NCBI GenBank assembly: GCA_965215185.1
Contig: OZ244034.1
Span: 2,080,001 to 2,144,000, forward strand
Direction of reading: 5' to 3'
Length of the DNA stretch: 64,000 bases
Origin: Acidimicrobiia bacterium
Lineage (GTDB): Bacteria; Actinomycetota; Acidimicrobiia; Spongiisociales; ZC4RG35
Every line of letters begins with the position of its first letter. The stretch's first letter is position 1. Below are positions 29,700-39,565 of the stretch, in pieces. The notes under the pieces were generated by a model that worked only from the letters and a program-made list of their open reading frames with translations, was not told where the DNA came from and did no database searches. A program made the translations under genes and the position numbers.

Positions 29700-30062
29700 A
29701 TAGAGGGCGCAAGCCTGCCAGCCAGACGCCAGCCTCCGCCGATCCGGAGCCTAGAGGATACGGCTCGACCGTCTCGGCAACTGTCGTCTCGGTCGTCTCC
29801 AGGATCTTCTCGGTCGCTTCCATGTTGGCGCCGGCGGCCCGGGAAAACTCGGGTTGATCGCCAAGGCTATCAATACCGACATTCTCTCATAAGCCGGAGC
29901 GGCAAACGCCGACTCCACCATCACTCCCTCGATCCCAGCGGGGATGACATCACCGGGGATCAACGCCCTGCCGAAGGGCTCGTTTACCACTCTTTCGAAA
30001 GGGAGAGCCGAAGAGAAACTGTTCGTAATACACCTCCTATGGTCTTAATCCCGAATCTAGGG
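29700..30062 (-). pseudogene. Degenerate tandem copy of the DM13 gene 5' region including leader/RBS
   Basis: 30018-30062 nearly repeats 29546-29585; VVNEPF..PGDV.PA.IEGVM.E aligns with VVDEPF..PDDM.AA.VEEVM.E; TM segment missing, frameshifted. Confidence 0.75.
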
Positions 30063-30078
30063 GACATTTGGTTTTGTG

Positions 30079-30750
30079 CTAGGAGGTTTCGGTCGCCCGG
30101 GCTTCGCCTTGGGCTTCCCGGCGACTGATCCACGCCATGTTGACGGGCGCCAGATATTGACGAAAGAACTGGGCCATGTCGGCCAGAATGGACGGGCGCA
30201 ACCCGGCCAGAGCCGCTCCCCGTTTGGTAGTGCCCGACACGGTCATCAGGAGACGTTGGCCGGGAAGATGGTCATAAACACTCTTGGCGGCGGCATGGCC
30301 CTCCTGGTCGCTTCCCCCGGCCATGATGATCCGCATTGCCTTCTCCCCACCCTTCAAGTACTCCATCTCCATCTGCGGGGGCGAGATGTAAATATGAACC
30401 GGGGCGCCACTGGACGACCCCACCCTCACCGCTGCCCTGACGCTCTCCCCACAGGCAACCAAACCCAACGGACCCCAAACCTTGGCAGTCTGGGTCACCA
30501 TCGCCTTGACATCACGAAAGACCGAATCGAGATCCGGTTCGCCATCGGAAAGACCATGACCGGACAGCTCCAGACTCACCACCCGGTATCCCGCCGCCGC
30601 CAAACCCCCGGTGAGTGGTCCCCACTGGTCCAGATCCTCCCCATAGTCGTGAACGAAGATCACCGGAGGCCCAAGCGTGGGCCACTCCAGTCCTCTGAGC
30701 CTTACCCCATCTTCCCCTACTACCTCAACCGGGATTGGCGCCTGGCTCAC
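30079..30750 (-). CDS. Alpha/beta hydrolase-fold protein, catalytic motifs degenerate
   Basis: EDGVRLRG, VIFVHD, GYRVVSLELSGHGLSDG; GTG overlaps the oppD stop; no GxSxG. Confidence 0.7.
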   Translation of the reverse strand: MSQAPIPVEVVGEDGVRLRGLEWPTLGPPVIFVHDYGEDLDQWGPLTGGLAAAGYRVVSLELSGHGLSDGEPDLDSVFRDVKAMVTQTAKVWGPLGLVACGESVRAAVRVGSSSGAPVHIYISPPQMEMEYLKGGEKAMRIIMAGGSDQEGHAAAKSVYDHLPGQRLLMTVSGTTKRGAALAGLRPSILADMAQFFRQYLAPVNMAWISRREAQGEARATETS

Positions 30751-31730
30751 GTCAAAACCAGGGGCTGGGGATTGAAACAGCGAAGGTCCCGCCTGTCGTC
30801 GGAGACCAACTCCGGGTGTTCCTCCCAGCAGCGGAGCAGCGCCTGCGGGCAACGGGGACTGAATGGACATCCGGGGGGAACGAACTGAGGCGGAGGAACC
30901 CGCCCGGGAATGGTATGCAGTGCGCCGCGTTGGTGGCGGGTTTGAGGAAGAGCTTGCAGGAGGCCTTGCGTATAGGGATGCTGTGGATCGGCGAAGAGCT
31001 GATCGACAGACGCCTGCTCCACGATTTCGCCCGAATACATGACTGCAACCCGATCCGCCACCGCCGCCACCACCCCCAAATCATGGGTGATCAGCAGCAT
31101 CGACATATCCCGACGGCGCTGCTGGCCCACCAACCGGTCGAGGATCTGAGCCTGCACGGTCACGTCCAAGGCGGTGGTCGGCTCGTCGGCGATCAGGATG
31201 TCGGGATCGAGCATGAGCGCCATGGCAATCATCACCCGCTGCCGCATCCCACCTGACAACTGGTGTGGATAATGATCCATCCGGGTCTCGGGATCCGAAA
31301 GCTCCACTTCCACCAGAGCCTGAAGAGCCATTGCCTTCGCCTCCGAGCGGGACACCGAGCGATGGCGACGAATCACCTCGGTAAGCAGGCGACCGACGGT
31401 GAACATCGGGTCCAGGGAGGTGAGAGGATCTTGAAAGATCATGGAGATGTCATCACCTCGCACCTCTCTCATCTCCCGCTCGGACAAGCTAACCAGATCT
31501 TTGTCCCGGAAATGAACCGTCCCACCGGTGATGCGGGCGGCTGGGGCGGGTATCAACCCCATCAACGACAGGGCCGTCATGGTCTTGCCACAACCCGACT
31601 CTCCCACCAGCCCCAGAATCTCGTTCGGGTAGAGGTCGAAAGATATCCCCCTCACCACTTTGAATTCGATGCCCTCGGCGCGGATCACCGTGGTGAGGTC
31701 CCGAACGGAAAGAATCGGGGTAGCCATCAC
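30747..31730 (-). CDS. Peptide/nickel ABC transporter ATP-binding subunit (OppD/DppD-like)
   Basis: [48 protein letters not shown]. Confidence 0.92.
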   Translation of the reverse strand: MMATPILSVRDLTTVIRAEGIEFKVVRGISFDLYPNEILGLVGESGCGKTMTALSLMGLIPAPAARITGGTVHFRDKDLVSLSEREMREVRGDDISMIFQDPLTSLDPMFTVGRLLTEVIRRHRSVSRSEAKAMALQALVEVELSDPETRMDHYPHQLSGGMRQRVMIAMALMLDPDILIADEPTTALDVTVQAQILDRLVGQQRRRDMSMLLITHDLGVVAAVADRVAVMYSGEIVEQASVDQLFADPQHPYTQGLLQALPQTRHQRGALHTIPGRVPPPQFVPPGCPFSPRCPQALLRCWEEHPELVSDDRRDLRCFNPQPLVLT

Positions 31731-32644
31731 ACCTTCCGAAGACGAGGATTGGCGGCTAGATAACCCAGATCGGCCAGCCAGTTGCCCAACACCACTAGGA
31801 CCACCAGCACCAACGAGAAAAACTGCGCCACTGGATAGTCACGGCGCAGCACCGCGTTAACCAGCACTTGACCCAACCCCGGCCACCCGAAGATGACTTC
31901 CACAATGAGCGCGTAGCCTACGATCTGGCCGATGCGAAGGCCGGCCAGGGAGATGATGGGGATGAGGGCGTTGCGGAACACATGCTTGCCAACCACTCTG
32001 AATTCGGAAAGGCCACCTGCCCGCAAGGTTCGCACCCAGTCGGAATCGAGGTTTTCCAGCATGGCGGAGCGGGTCATCCGCACCGTAAGGGCAGTCCCCT
32101 CCGCAGCCAACACGATCGCCGGGAGTATCAACTGTTTGGGTTCACAGCACCCCGCCGAGGGGAGCCAACCCAGCACGCTGGCAAACAGCCAGATACTCAA
32201 CAGCGCCAACCAGAAATTGGGGACCGCCATACCTGCCACCGACACGCTCATAATGCCCTGGTCCAAAAACCTATTGCGTCTCACCGCAGCCACAATCCCC
32301 AACGGGACCCCCACCAAAAACACCAAAAGGAACGATGCAGCTCCCAGAATCAGACTGTTGCGTCCGTGCTCGATCAGCATCTTGGAGATGAGCGCGTTGT
32401 TGGTCAGAGAGTTGCCCAGATCTCCGCTGAGGAGCTTCCCCATGTAGGTAAAATACTGCTGGTAGATGGGATCGTTGAGCCCCAGAACCTCTCGAAAGGT
32501 CTCGCGGTCGGCCTGGGTGGCCGAGGCGGGCAGGCGGGCGGCGGTGGCGTCTCCACCGGAGAGACGGACAGCGTAGAAGACCGCCACCGATGACAGCGCC
32601 AGGATCACCAGCATGTAGACGGTGCGTTTCGCCAGATATCTCAT
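31727..32644 (-). CDS. Peptide ABC transporter permease (OppB/DppB-like)
   Basis: GDLGNS, PNFWL, EAA-like RTLRAGGLS, KHVFRNAL, FGWPGLG. Confidence 0.9.
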   Translation of the reverse strand: MRYLAKRTVYMLVILALSSVAVFYAVRLSGGDATAARLPASATQADRETFREVLGLNDPIYQQYFTYMGKLLSGDLGNSLTNNALISKMLIEHGRNSLILGAASFLLVFLVGVPLGIVAAVRRNRFLDQGIMSVSVAGMAVPNFWLALLSIWLFASVLGWLPSAGCCEPKQLILPAIVLAAEGTALTVRMTRSAMLENLDSDWVRTLRAGGLSEFRVVGKHVFRNALIPIISLAGLRIGQIVGYALIVEVIFGWPGLGQVLVNAVLRRDYPVAQFFSLVLVVLVVLGNWLADLGYLAANPRLRKV

Positions 32645-33612
32645 ACCGACTCCACCCCTTTGGCCTCATGGCGAAGCCGAGGATCGAACACGTCCCGCAA
32701 GCCGTCACCGATCAAGCTCACCGACAGGACCATCAAAACCAAGGTGAGGCCGGGAACGGTGGTCTCCCAATGGTTGAGTTGCAGGAAGTTGCGGCCTTCC
32801 GCCACCATCTGACCCAGGCTGGGCAAAGGTGGCTGAGCGCCCAGTCCAATAAAAGAGAGCGCCGCCTCGGCAATAATGGCCACTGCTATGTAGTAGGAAG
32901 CGAGCACCAGAGCAGGCGCCAGAATGTTGGGCAAGAGGTGCTTTCTGATTATCCGCCAGTTGGAGAGCCCCCCGGCTCGGGCGGCTTCTATGAATTCCCG
33001 CTCGGAAAGCGCCAGCACCTCACCCCGTACCACCCGGGCGATCGCCGCCATGTTGACCAATCCCACCGCCAGGATCACCGACAGCAGACCTTCGCCCAGG
33101 CCCCCGGCGAACAACACCGCCACCAAAATCAGCGGGAATCCCCATATGAAATCCATAACACCGCTCAGCGACCGGTCGCTCCACCCACCCCGGTACCCGG
33201 CCAGGGTGCCCAACGCCAAGCCAACCACCAACGCCAGCCCCGTCACTCCCACCGCCACCGCCAAACTCACCCGGATGGCGACAAATAGCCTGATGGCGGT
33301 GTCCCGACCAAGATGATCGGTGCCCAACAGGGCATCCTCGCTAAGAGGCGTGGCGTGGGTGTTGGAGAAGTTAATCAGTTCATAGTCGCCACCGATGATG
33401 ATGGGACCCAGCAGTCCGGTGCCTATCACCAGCACCGCCAGGATCGTCCCCGACAAGAGCAGCCGGTTACGCACCAGGTTCTGCATAGCCCGCCGGAACA
33501 GCGAAACATGCTGGCTCTCTTCGAAGTCCAGCAACCGCTGATTCCACTCAGCGAGGTACGACTCGGGAGTTGAAGCTGTCACTACAGGGTCAGTGTAGAG
33601 GTTTGGATGCAA
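32641..33612 (-). CDS. Peptide ABC transporter permease (OppC/DppC-like)
   Basis: LLGTDHLGRD, EFIEAARAGG, HLLPN, EAALSFIGLG, GDGLRDVFDP; start uncertain. Confidence 0.9.
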   Translation of the reverse strand: MHPNLYTDPVVTASTPESYLAEWNQRLLDFEESQHVSLFRRAMQNLVRNRLLLSGTILAVLVIGTGLLGPIIIGGDYELINFSNTHATPLSEDALLGTDHLGRDTAIRLFVAIRVSLAVAVGVTGLALVVGLALGTLAGYRGGWSDRSLSGVMDFIWGFPLILVAVLFAGGLGEGLLSVILAVGLVNMAAIARVVRGEVLALSEREFIEAARAGGLSNWRIIRKHLLPNILAPALVLASYYIAVAIIAEAALSFIGLGAQPPLPSLGQMVAEGRNFLQLNHWETTVPGLTLVLMVLSVSLIGDGLRDVFDPRLRHEAKGVESV

Positions 33613-33626
33613 GCCATTGACTCACC

Positions 33627-33669
33627 AGAGAGACCTCCGCCCCCGCAAAACGGGAGCGGAGGTCTCTCT
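33627..33669. terminator. Intercistronic stem-loop after the SBP gene (mRNA stabiliser/partial terminator)
   Basis: GAGAGACCTCCGC...GCGGAGGTCTCTC, perfect 13-bp stem. Confidence 0.7.
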
Positions 33670-33683
33670 CGATCGGATCGGGT

Positions 33684-35471
33684 TTAGGCCTCGATCCAGG
33701 TGTCGTTGTAGTACGGATAGAGAAGCCACACGAAGGGCGCCCAACCTTGCACTCGGTTGTTCTTCACGAAGGTGGCGTTCTGATTGATGAAGGAGATGTT
33801 GGGCAACAGCTCCGCCCACGCCAACTGCAGGTCGGATTGGGCCTTGCGGGCCGCTTCCTGAGTGCCTGCCGTTTGCCAATCGGCGATTGCCTGGTCGATG
33901 CGCTCTTCCCTAGCGTGAGACCAGTTCGGCGAAGGAATCACCGCCGAGTTGCAGAACAACGGGATGATGTCCGCCGAAATCGGCCACAGCCACATGAACA
34001 ATCCGGCGGGAACCTGATCGCTTCCGGCCCGTTCGAACCACACCGCTCGGTCCACCACGTTGACATTGGCTTTGGCCCCGACCACTGAGTACTGGGCGGC
34101 GGCGGCGTTGCCGATGGAGACTTGAAGGGATTCGTTCTCGACCATGAACTCGAACTCGAGGGGGGTGCCGTTGCGAGTTCTCACCCCGTCACTGCCCATT
34201 TCCCAACCGGCGGCGTCGAGCAGACGGTTCGCCTCGTCGACGTCGTAGTTGTTGAGTTGTTCCACGGCCGGCTCGTAGTAGCGGTCGGGAGTGGGGAACG
34301 GACCATAGGTGGCGGCCCCGTTGCCGAACAACAGCGCCTGGACCATGCCCTCACGGTCAATGGCATGAGAAAGCCCGCGGCGCGTCTCCACATCACCAAA
34401 CAACTCGGGGAAGTTCTCCTGGTTCATGAACATGAAATAACCCGACCATTCGGGATGGCGATACACCGTCAAGTCCGGGTTGGACTCCAAACGGGCCAGG
34501 TCCTGGTGCGCGGGGTTGATGAGAGTGTCGATATCACCATTCTCCAACTGGGTGGCGCGCTGTCCTGCTTCGGTGATCACCGACCACCGAATGGCGTCAA
34601 GGTGGGCCGGTCCCTTATTCTCGAAGTAGGGGACGTTGGAGCCGGGGTAGTCGTCCCAGCGAGTCACCAGGGAGTGACTGCCGGGCACCCATTCGGTGTG
34701 CTTGAAGGGACCGGTGCCGTCTACCACCTCTGTTCCGTACGTGGAGGCCACCACGCCTTCGCCGGCCAGGCCGGTTGCATCGTCGTACTGACCCACTTCT
34801 TTCCAAGTGTTGATATTGGCGATCCGCCAGTATCCAGTGGCCAGCGGACCGTAGGTTCCCACCCAGGCGTTGTTCATCTGGGCAATCACCCGATTTCCGT
34901 CCGACGTGTAGGAACCGATGGGGGCGGCCAAGCCGGCAATGAAGCTGAATTTCTGGATGCGATAGAACTCGGCCACATCGGCGGCCGTGATAGTGCCGCC
35001 CGAATGCGACTGGCGATCCTCCACCTCGAACCAGTACTCCAGACCATCATCGGATACGCCGAAGTCTGAGCAGAACTGGGGCACAAAGTTGCCGTCGGGA
35101 TCGATGGTGACAATTGCCTCATAGATGGCGAAATACGCCGGGTCGTACCAGTTGGTGGTGATCGGGTCATGCTTGGAGACGTCCCGGTTGTAGCCCTCCC
35201 GCAAGGTCCCACCCTTGGTGGGCCCCATCGCCATCGCCTCGGTGGTGGTGGGCGCTGCCGCCGCGGCGGTGGTTGCGGGCGCGGCGGTGGTTGCGGGCGC
35301 GGCGGTGGTAGCGGCCGGTTCATCGTCCCCGCCACAGGATGCCAACAGGGCAGCGGCGGCCGTAGCGCCGATTCCGGCTACCCCGACTTTCTTGAGGAAC
35401 TGGCGGCGACTTAGCTTCTTCTGCTGGTATTCATCCAAGATGTTCAGAATCTCAGAACTGTTCTCCGTCAT
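33684..35471 (-). CDS. ABC transporter substrate-binding protein family 5, Tat-lipoprotein
   Basis: SRRQFLKK twin-Arg, LLASC lipobox, GGTL, GTGPFK, RRGLSHAIDRE; AAGGAG RBS. Confidence 0.9.
   Translation of the reverse strand: MTENSSEILNILDEYQQKKLSRRQFLKKVGVAGIGATAAAALLASCGGDDEPAATTAAPATTAAPATTAAAAAPTTTEAMAMGPTKGGTLREGYNRDVSKHDPITTNWYDPAYFAIYEAIVTIDPDGNFVPQFCSDFGVSDDGLEYWFEVEDRQSHSGGTITAADVAEFYRIQKFSFIAGLAAPIGSYTSDGNRVIAQMNNAWVGTYGPLATGYWRIANINTWKEVGQYDDATGLAGEGVVASTYGTEVVDGTGPFKHTEWVPGSHSLVTRWDDYPGSNVPYFENKGPAHLDAIRWSVITEAGQRATQLENGDIDTLINPAHQDLARLESNPDLTVYRHPEWSGYFMFMNQENFPELFGDVETRRGLSHAIDREGMVQALLFGNGAATYGPFPTPDRYYEPAVEQLNNYDVDEANRLLDAAGWEMGSDGVRTRNGTPLEFEFMVENESLQVSIGNAAAAQYSVVGAKANVNVVDRAVWFERAGSDQVPAGLFMWLWPISADIIPLFCNSAVIPSPNWSHAREERIDQAIADWQTAGTQEAARKAQSDLQLAWAELLPNISFINQNATFVKNNRVQGWAPFVWLLYPYYNDTWIEA
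35263..35316. repeat. 18-bp tandem repeat x3 encoding (PATTAA)n linker
   Basis: GCGGCGGTGGTTGCGGGC twice plus one variant copy. Confidence 0.85.
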
Positions 35472-35735
35472 TGGGCTTACTCCTTGTTGGCAGATTTCTT
35501 TCGCTATTTAGGACCGTCTAGGCCCTTTCTAGGAACTTTGCGGTTCAGGATAGCCAAGCCACCTCAACCGTCTTATTGATCACATAATAATCACTCTTCC
35601 ACAACCTGCCTTTTTCGGCACGGCTATCTGGGTCTGGCCGGTACTCAGGACATGGACCTTTCAAACAGGACGGATCAGCCGTTGCATCTGTTCACATCCT
35701 ATACCATTGCCGGGTAACGACGGAGAGGCCCCCGA

Positions 35736-36542
35736 ATGTGCACTACCGGCGCTTTGCGTACCGACACCGGATACTTGCTGTTCAAAAACAAGGACTTTGG
35801 CCGGGTCGGCTTTGAGGACCGACTGGTGGTCGAAGAGGCGGTGTTCGGCATAGCTGGCGTGGAAACCTGGGCGGGGACCGACCCTGACTTGGACCGATTC
35901 TCAGGTTTCTCGCTGGGCGCCAACCGGCACGGACTGCTGTGCTGCGACTCCAATGTCCGCACCGTCCCCGGCCTGAATTATGACCGTCTTACGGAAATCG
36001 CCCTCCGGGAGGGAACCAATGTTCGAAGCGCCGTGGCGGCGGTGGAAAGGGCGATGAGCCGGGACCCCTACGTGTGGGCGAACCTGGTCATCATCGATCA
36101 GACCGAACTGGCCACGGTGGAAGTGCGGGGACAACAATTCAAAGCGACCCTCCACGGAAACGACCGCATCACCCGTTCCAATCACCATGTGGAACTGGGC
36201 GCCACCCCGGAAGACGACGACACTGTCACCACCGAGCCGCGCCTGCGGTCGGCATCCCGTCGTATCCGCCACGCCCGTTGCCTATCGGACATCTTCGAAC
36301 TGCAGGAATCTCATGACGATGGCCGCAGCGGCATCTGCAACCACACCTCCTACGACACCGTCTACTCCTATGTGTTCGAACGCCGTGACGAGTCGACCTT
36401 CCTTCACGTCACCCAGGGCAAACCCTGTGAGAATCCGAAGCGTCTGGCTCTCCGCATCCCGTTGGGATCGGAGTGGAACCCCGCCGCCATCACCGCCTTC
36501 TTGGATGCCTACCCGTCAACGAGAGTCCCTGCCCTGGTCTGA
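35736..36542 (+). CDS. Ntn-hydrolase (peptidase C45/AAT or choloylglycine hydrolase-like)
   Basis: N-terminal MCT (Cys nucleophile), FKNKD, GANRHGL, RSNH, C-terminal GKPC. Confidence 0.65.
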   Translation: MCTTGALRTDTGYLLFKNKDFGRVGFEDRLVVEEAVFGIAGVETWAGTDPDLDRFSGFSLGANRHGLLCCDSNVRTVPGLNYDRLTEIALREGTNVRSAVAAVERAMSRDPYVWANLVIIDQTELATVEVRGQQFKATLHGNDRITRSNHHVELGATPEDDDTVTTEPRLRSASRRIRHARCLSDIFELQESHDDGRSGICNHTSYDTVYSYVFERRDESTFLHVTQGKPCENPKRLALRIPLGSEWNPAAITAFLDAYPSTRVPALV

Positions 36543-36556
36543 GTACAGTCTGCGGC

Positions 36557-38011
36557 TCAGAGATAAGTGGCTGATTCGACCAGGTGGAGGAGCGGCTGGG
36601 GGAAAATGCCCATAACCAAAGTGAAGGCGGTGGCCACGCCCAGCGCCCAGAAGGTGGGCCTGTCACATAGCACCGGATCGTCGGTGGCGGGAGACTGCAG
36701 GTACATGATCACGACCACCTTCAGGTAAAGATATATCGCCACCGCTGATGCCAGCACCGCCACCACCACCAGCCACTCCAGGCCTCCCCTCCATGCATCA
36801 AGAAAGACACCCAGCTTGGCAACGAACCCGGTGGTGAGGGGCATGCCCGCCATCCCCAGCAGCGAAACCGATAGGACCACCGCCAAGAAGGGTGACCGTC
36901 GGTACAGGCCCCGGTAGTCGGAAAGATCCGAGCCTGAGGAGACCGCTCCTGCCACCACCGAGATCACCGAGAAGGCCGCCACCAACTGCACCGTGTACAC
37001 CGCCAGATAGAACCAGACCGAAGATGATCCCCGGGAACCCGTGGCCAGACCAGTCAGGATGTATCCGGCGTGAGCCACACCCGAATAGGCGAGCAGGCGC
37101 CTGATATCGGTCGAGATAATCGCCATCACCGCTCCCACCATCATCGAAAGGGCGGCGATCCCCGCCACGATCGGGGCCCAGTCCACCCGGAAACTCTCGA
37201 AACCGGTGAGAAGCACTCTGCTCAGCGCCGCAAAGCCGCCGACTTTCGCCACCGCCGCCATGTAGCCCACTATCCCCGCCGGGGCGCCCTGGTAGACGTC
37301 CGGCGCCCACACATGAAACGGTGCGGCCGCCACCTTGAAGGAAAGGCCGACCGTCATCAGGCCGATACCAATCAGGAGAACCGCCGGAGAGAGCACCACA
37401 TTCTGGGACAGGAACGCTCCGATACTCCCCAGTCCCAACAACCCTGTACCGGCAAACACCAAAGCGGCGCCGTAGATGAACACCGCCGACGCCACCGCTC
37501 CCAGCAAGAGGTACTTAAGGGCCGCCTCATCGGAACGCACCCCGTCGCCTGAAATCCCCGCCAGGATGTATAGGGAGATCGAACCCATCTCTAGTCCCAG
37601 AAACATCATCACCAGGTTCTGGGAGGCCGCCATCAGAACGAATCCGGCCGAAGCCAACAGCACCAATGCCAATCCCTCCGCCGCCCGATTCCTCAACGCA
37701 GAGATCAAGCTTCTGCCCGACGACATGGCCAGAATGGAGACCACCAGCACCACCAGCCGAGCCAAGGCCGCCGGTCGATCGAAAACCAGCATCTCAGCGA
37801 AAACCGGTTGGCCTCCCGGAACCGCCGCGCTCCACTGCCACACGCCCAATGCCAAGGCCACTCCCATGATCAACAGGGCTACTTTCCACAAGAACCCCGC
37901 CCCGGGTCTGCGCTGCACGTCGAGCAGCAACAACGCCACTGCTCCCATTACCAATACCAACTCCGGTGCCAGGGCCGCCCAGGCGATTTCAGGAAAAGTG
38001 TTGGAGATCAA
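36557..38011 (-). CDS. nuoN: NADH-quinone oxidoreductase subunit N
   Basis: EAALKYLLLG, FKVAAAPFHVWAPDVYQGAP, RLLAYSGVAHAGY. Confidence 0.95.
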   Translation of the reverse strand: MISNTFPEIAWAALAPELVLVMGAVALLLLDVQRRPGAGFLWKVALLIMGVALALGVWQWSAAVPGGQPVFAEMLVFDRPAALARLVVLVVSILAMSSGRSLISALRNRAAEGLALVLLASAGFVLMAASQNLVMMFLGLEMGSISLYILAGISGDGVRSDEAALKYLLLGAVASAVFIYGAALVFAGTGLLGLGSIGAFLSQNVVLSPAVLLIGIGLMTVGLSFKVAAAPFHVWAPDVYQGAPAGIVGYMAAVAKVGGFAALSRVLLTGFESFRVDWAPIVAGIAALSMMVGAVMAIISTDIRRLLAYSGVAHAGYILTGLATGSRGSSSVWFYLAVYTVQLVAAFSVISVVAGAVSSGSDLSDYRGLYRRSPFLAVVLSVSLLGMAGMPLTTGFVAKLGVFLDAWRGGLEWLVVVAVLASAVAIYLYLKVVVIMYLQSPATDDPVLCDRPTFWALGVATAFTLVMGIFPQPLLHLVESATYL

Positions 38012-39555
38012 TGTTCACCGTCCTCGGGTAGGGAGACGAACACATCCGCCAACCGCCCCGGCGAGGGGGCCTGGTAGTCGGTGGTCTGCTCGATGCGGTC
38101 CAAGATCGCCTCTACCGAAGGTGCGGTTCGGTCAAGAAGAATGCTCGGATAGAGCCCCAGCAGCAACACCAGAGCTGCCAGTGGCGCCAGAATCGCCATC
38201 TCCTTGGGGGAAAGGTCTACCACTTTCCGGTTTTCGGCTCGCGTCAATGGACCGGTGAACACCCGTTGGTAGGCCCACAACATGTAGATGGCGGCCAGGA
38301 CCACCCCGAAGGCCGCCACGACCGTCAAGGCGGGGAGGGAGGGGAAACTCCCTATCAGCACCAGGAACTCCCCGACGAACCCGTTGAGACCGGGAAGACC
38401 GATGGAGGCGAAAGCCATGAACAGGAAAAACCCCGCCATGAAGGGCGCGGGGCTGGCCAGACCCCCAAAATCACTGATCTGTTTGGTGTGGCGGCGGTCA
38501 TAGAGCATCCCCACCAGTAAGAAGAGCGCCCCGGTGGTCAGCCCGTGATTGACGTTCTGAATGACCGCCCCCTGCAAACCCGCGGAGGTAAGTGCAAAAA
38601 TGCCCAGAACCACAAACCCGAGGTGGCTCACCGATGAATAGGCGACCAGTTTCTTGAGGTCAGGTTGCACGATTGCCACCACCGCCCCGTAGATGATCCC
38701 CACCACGGCCAACACAGCCATCACCGGAACCAAAGTGACCGTCGCCTCCGGAAAAAGGGCGAGATTGAATCGAAGCAGACCGTAGGTCCCCAGCTTCAGC
38801 AGTACTCCGGCCAAAAGCACCGAGCCGGCGGTGGGTGCTTCCACATGGGCGTCGGGAAGCCAGGTGTGGAAGGGAAAAAGGGGCACCTTTATCGCAAACG
38901 CCAGGGCGAATGCACCGAATAGCCACATCTGGGCAGTGGACGAGATGTCCAGATTGAGCAGCATCAGATAGTCGAAACTAAGTAACCCGTCTGGGCTCTG
39001 TGAGGAATGCATGACAGCCAAGGCGATAATCGCCGCCAACAACAGCGCCGAACCGAACGCCGTATAGATGAAGAACTTGACCGCCGCGTACACCCGGCGT
39101 TTACCTCCCCACACCCCGATGATCAGGTACATGGGCACCAGGATCACCTCAAAAAACGCGAAGAACAGCAATAGGTCCAGAGCCAGGAAGCTTCCTATCA
39201 GACCCGTCTCCAAAAAGAGCATGGCCACCACAAAGGCCTTGCGCCGATGGGATATGGAGTCGGAGGCGGCCAGACTGAGCGGGAACAACAGGGCGGTGAG
39301 CGCCACCATTCCCAAAGAGATGCCGTCTACCCCCAAATGCCAAGACACTCCCCAAGGCTCCCACCAGACCGCCTTCTCAACCATCTGAAAAGAGGCCTCT
39401 CCCGTTTCGAAGGAGAAAAACAGAGCGGCGGCCACCCCCAGCGGAGCCACCGACAGGGCCATGCCGAGCGGAAGGAGCAACTCTTGGCGACGGGCCGGAA
39501 TCAAAGAGATCACCACCGCTCCCAAGAGAGGCAGCAGCACCAATAGGGTCAGCAT
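38008..39555 (-). CDS. nuoM: NADH-quinone oxidoreductase subunit M
   Basis: LGVDGIS, KVPLFPFHTWLPDAHVEAPTAGS, KLVAYSSVSH, GLPGLNGFVGEF. Confidence 0.96.
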   Translation of the reverse strand: MLTLLVLLPLLGAVVISLIPARRQELLLPLGMALSVAPLGVAAALFFSFETGEASFQMVEKAVWWEPWGVSWHLGVDGISLGMVALTALLFPLSLAASDSISHRRKAFVVAMLFLETGLIGSFLALDLLLFFAFFEVILVPMYLIIGVWGGKRRVYAAVKFFIYTAFGSALLLAAIIALAVMHSSQSPDGLLSFDYLMLLNLDISSTAQMWLFGAFALAFAIKVPLFPFHTWLPDAHVEAPTAGSVLLAGVLLKLGTYGLLRFNLALFPEATVTLVPVMAVLAVVGIIYGAVVAIVQPDLKKLVAYSSVSHLGFVVLGIFALTSAGLQGAVIQNVNHGLTTGALFLLVGMLYDRRHTKQISDFGGLASPAPFMAGFFLFMAFASIGLPGLNGFVGEFLVLIGSFPSLPALTVVAAFGVVLAAIYMLWAYQRVFTGPLTRAENRKVVDLSPKEMAILAPLAALVLLLGLYPSILLDRTAPSVEAILDRIEQTTDYQAPSPGRLADVFVSLPEDGEH

Positions 39556-39565
39556 ATTGCCTCGC

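Noticed and set aside
35263-35316. CRISPR-like repeat
   Set aside because: Spacer-less 18-bp coding repeat; no cas genes
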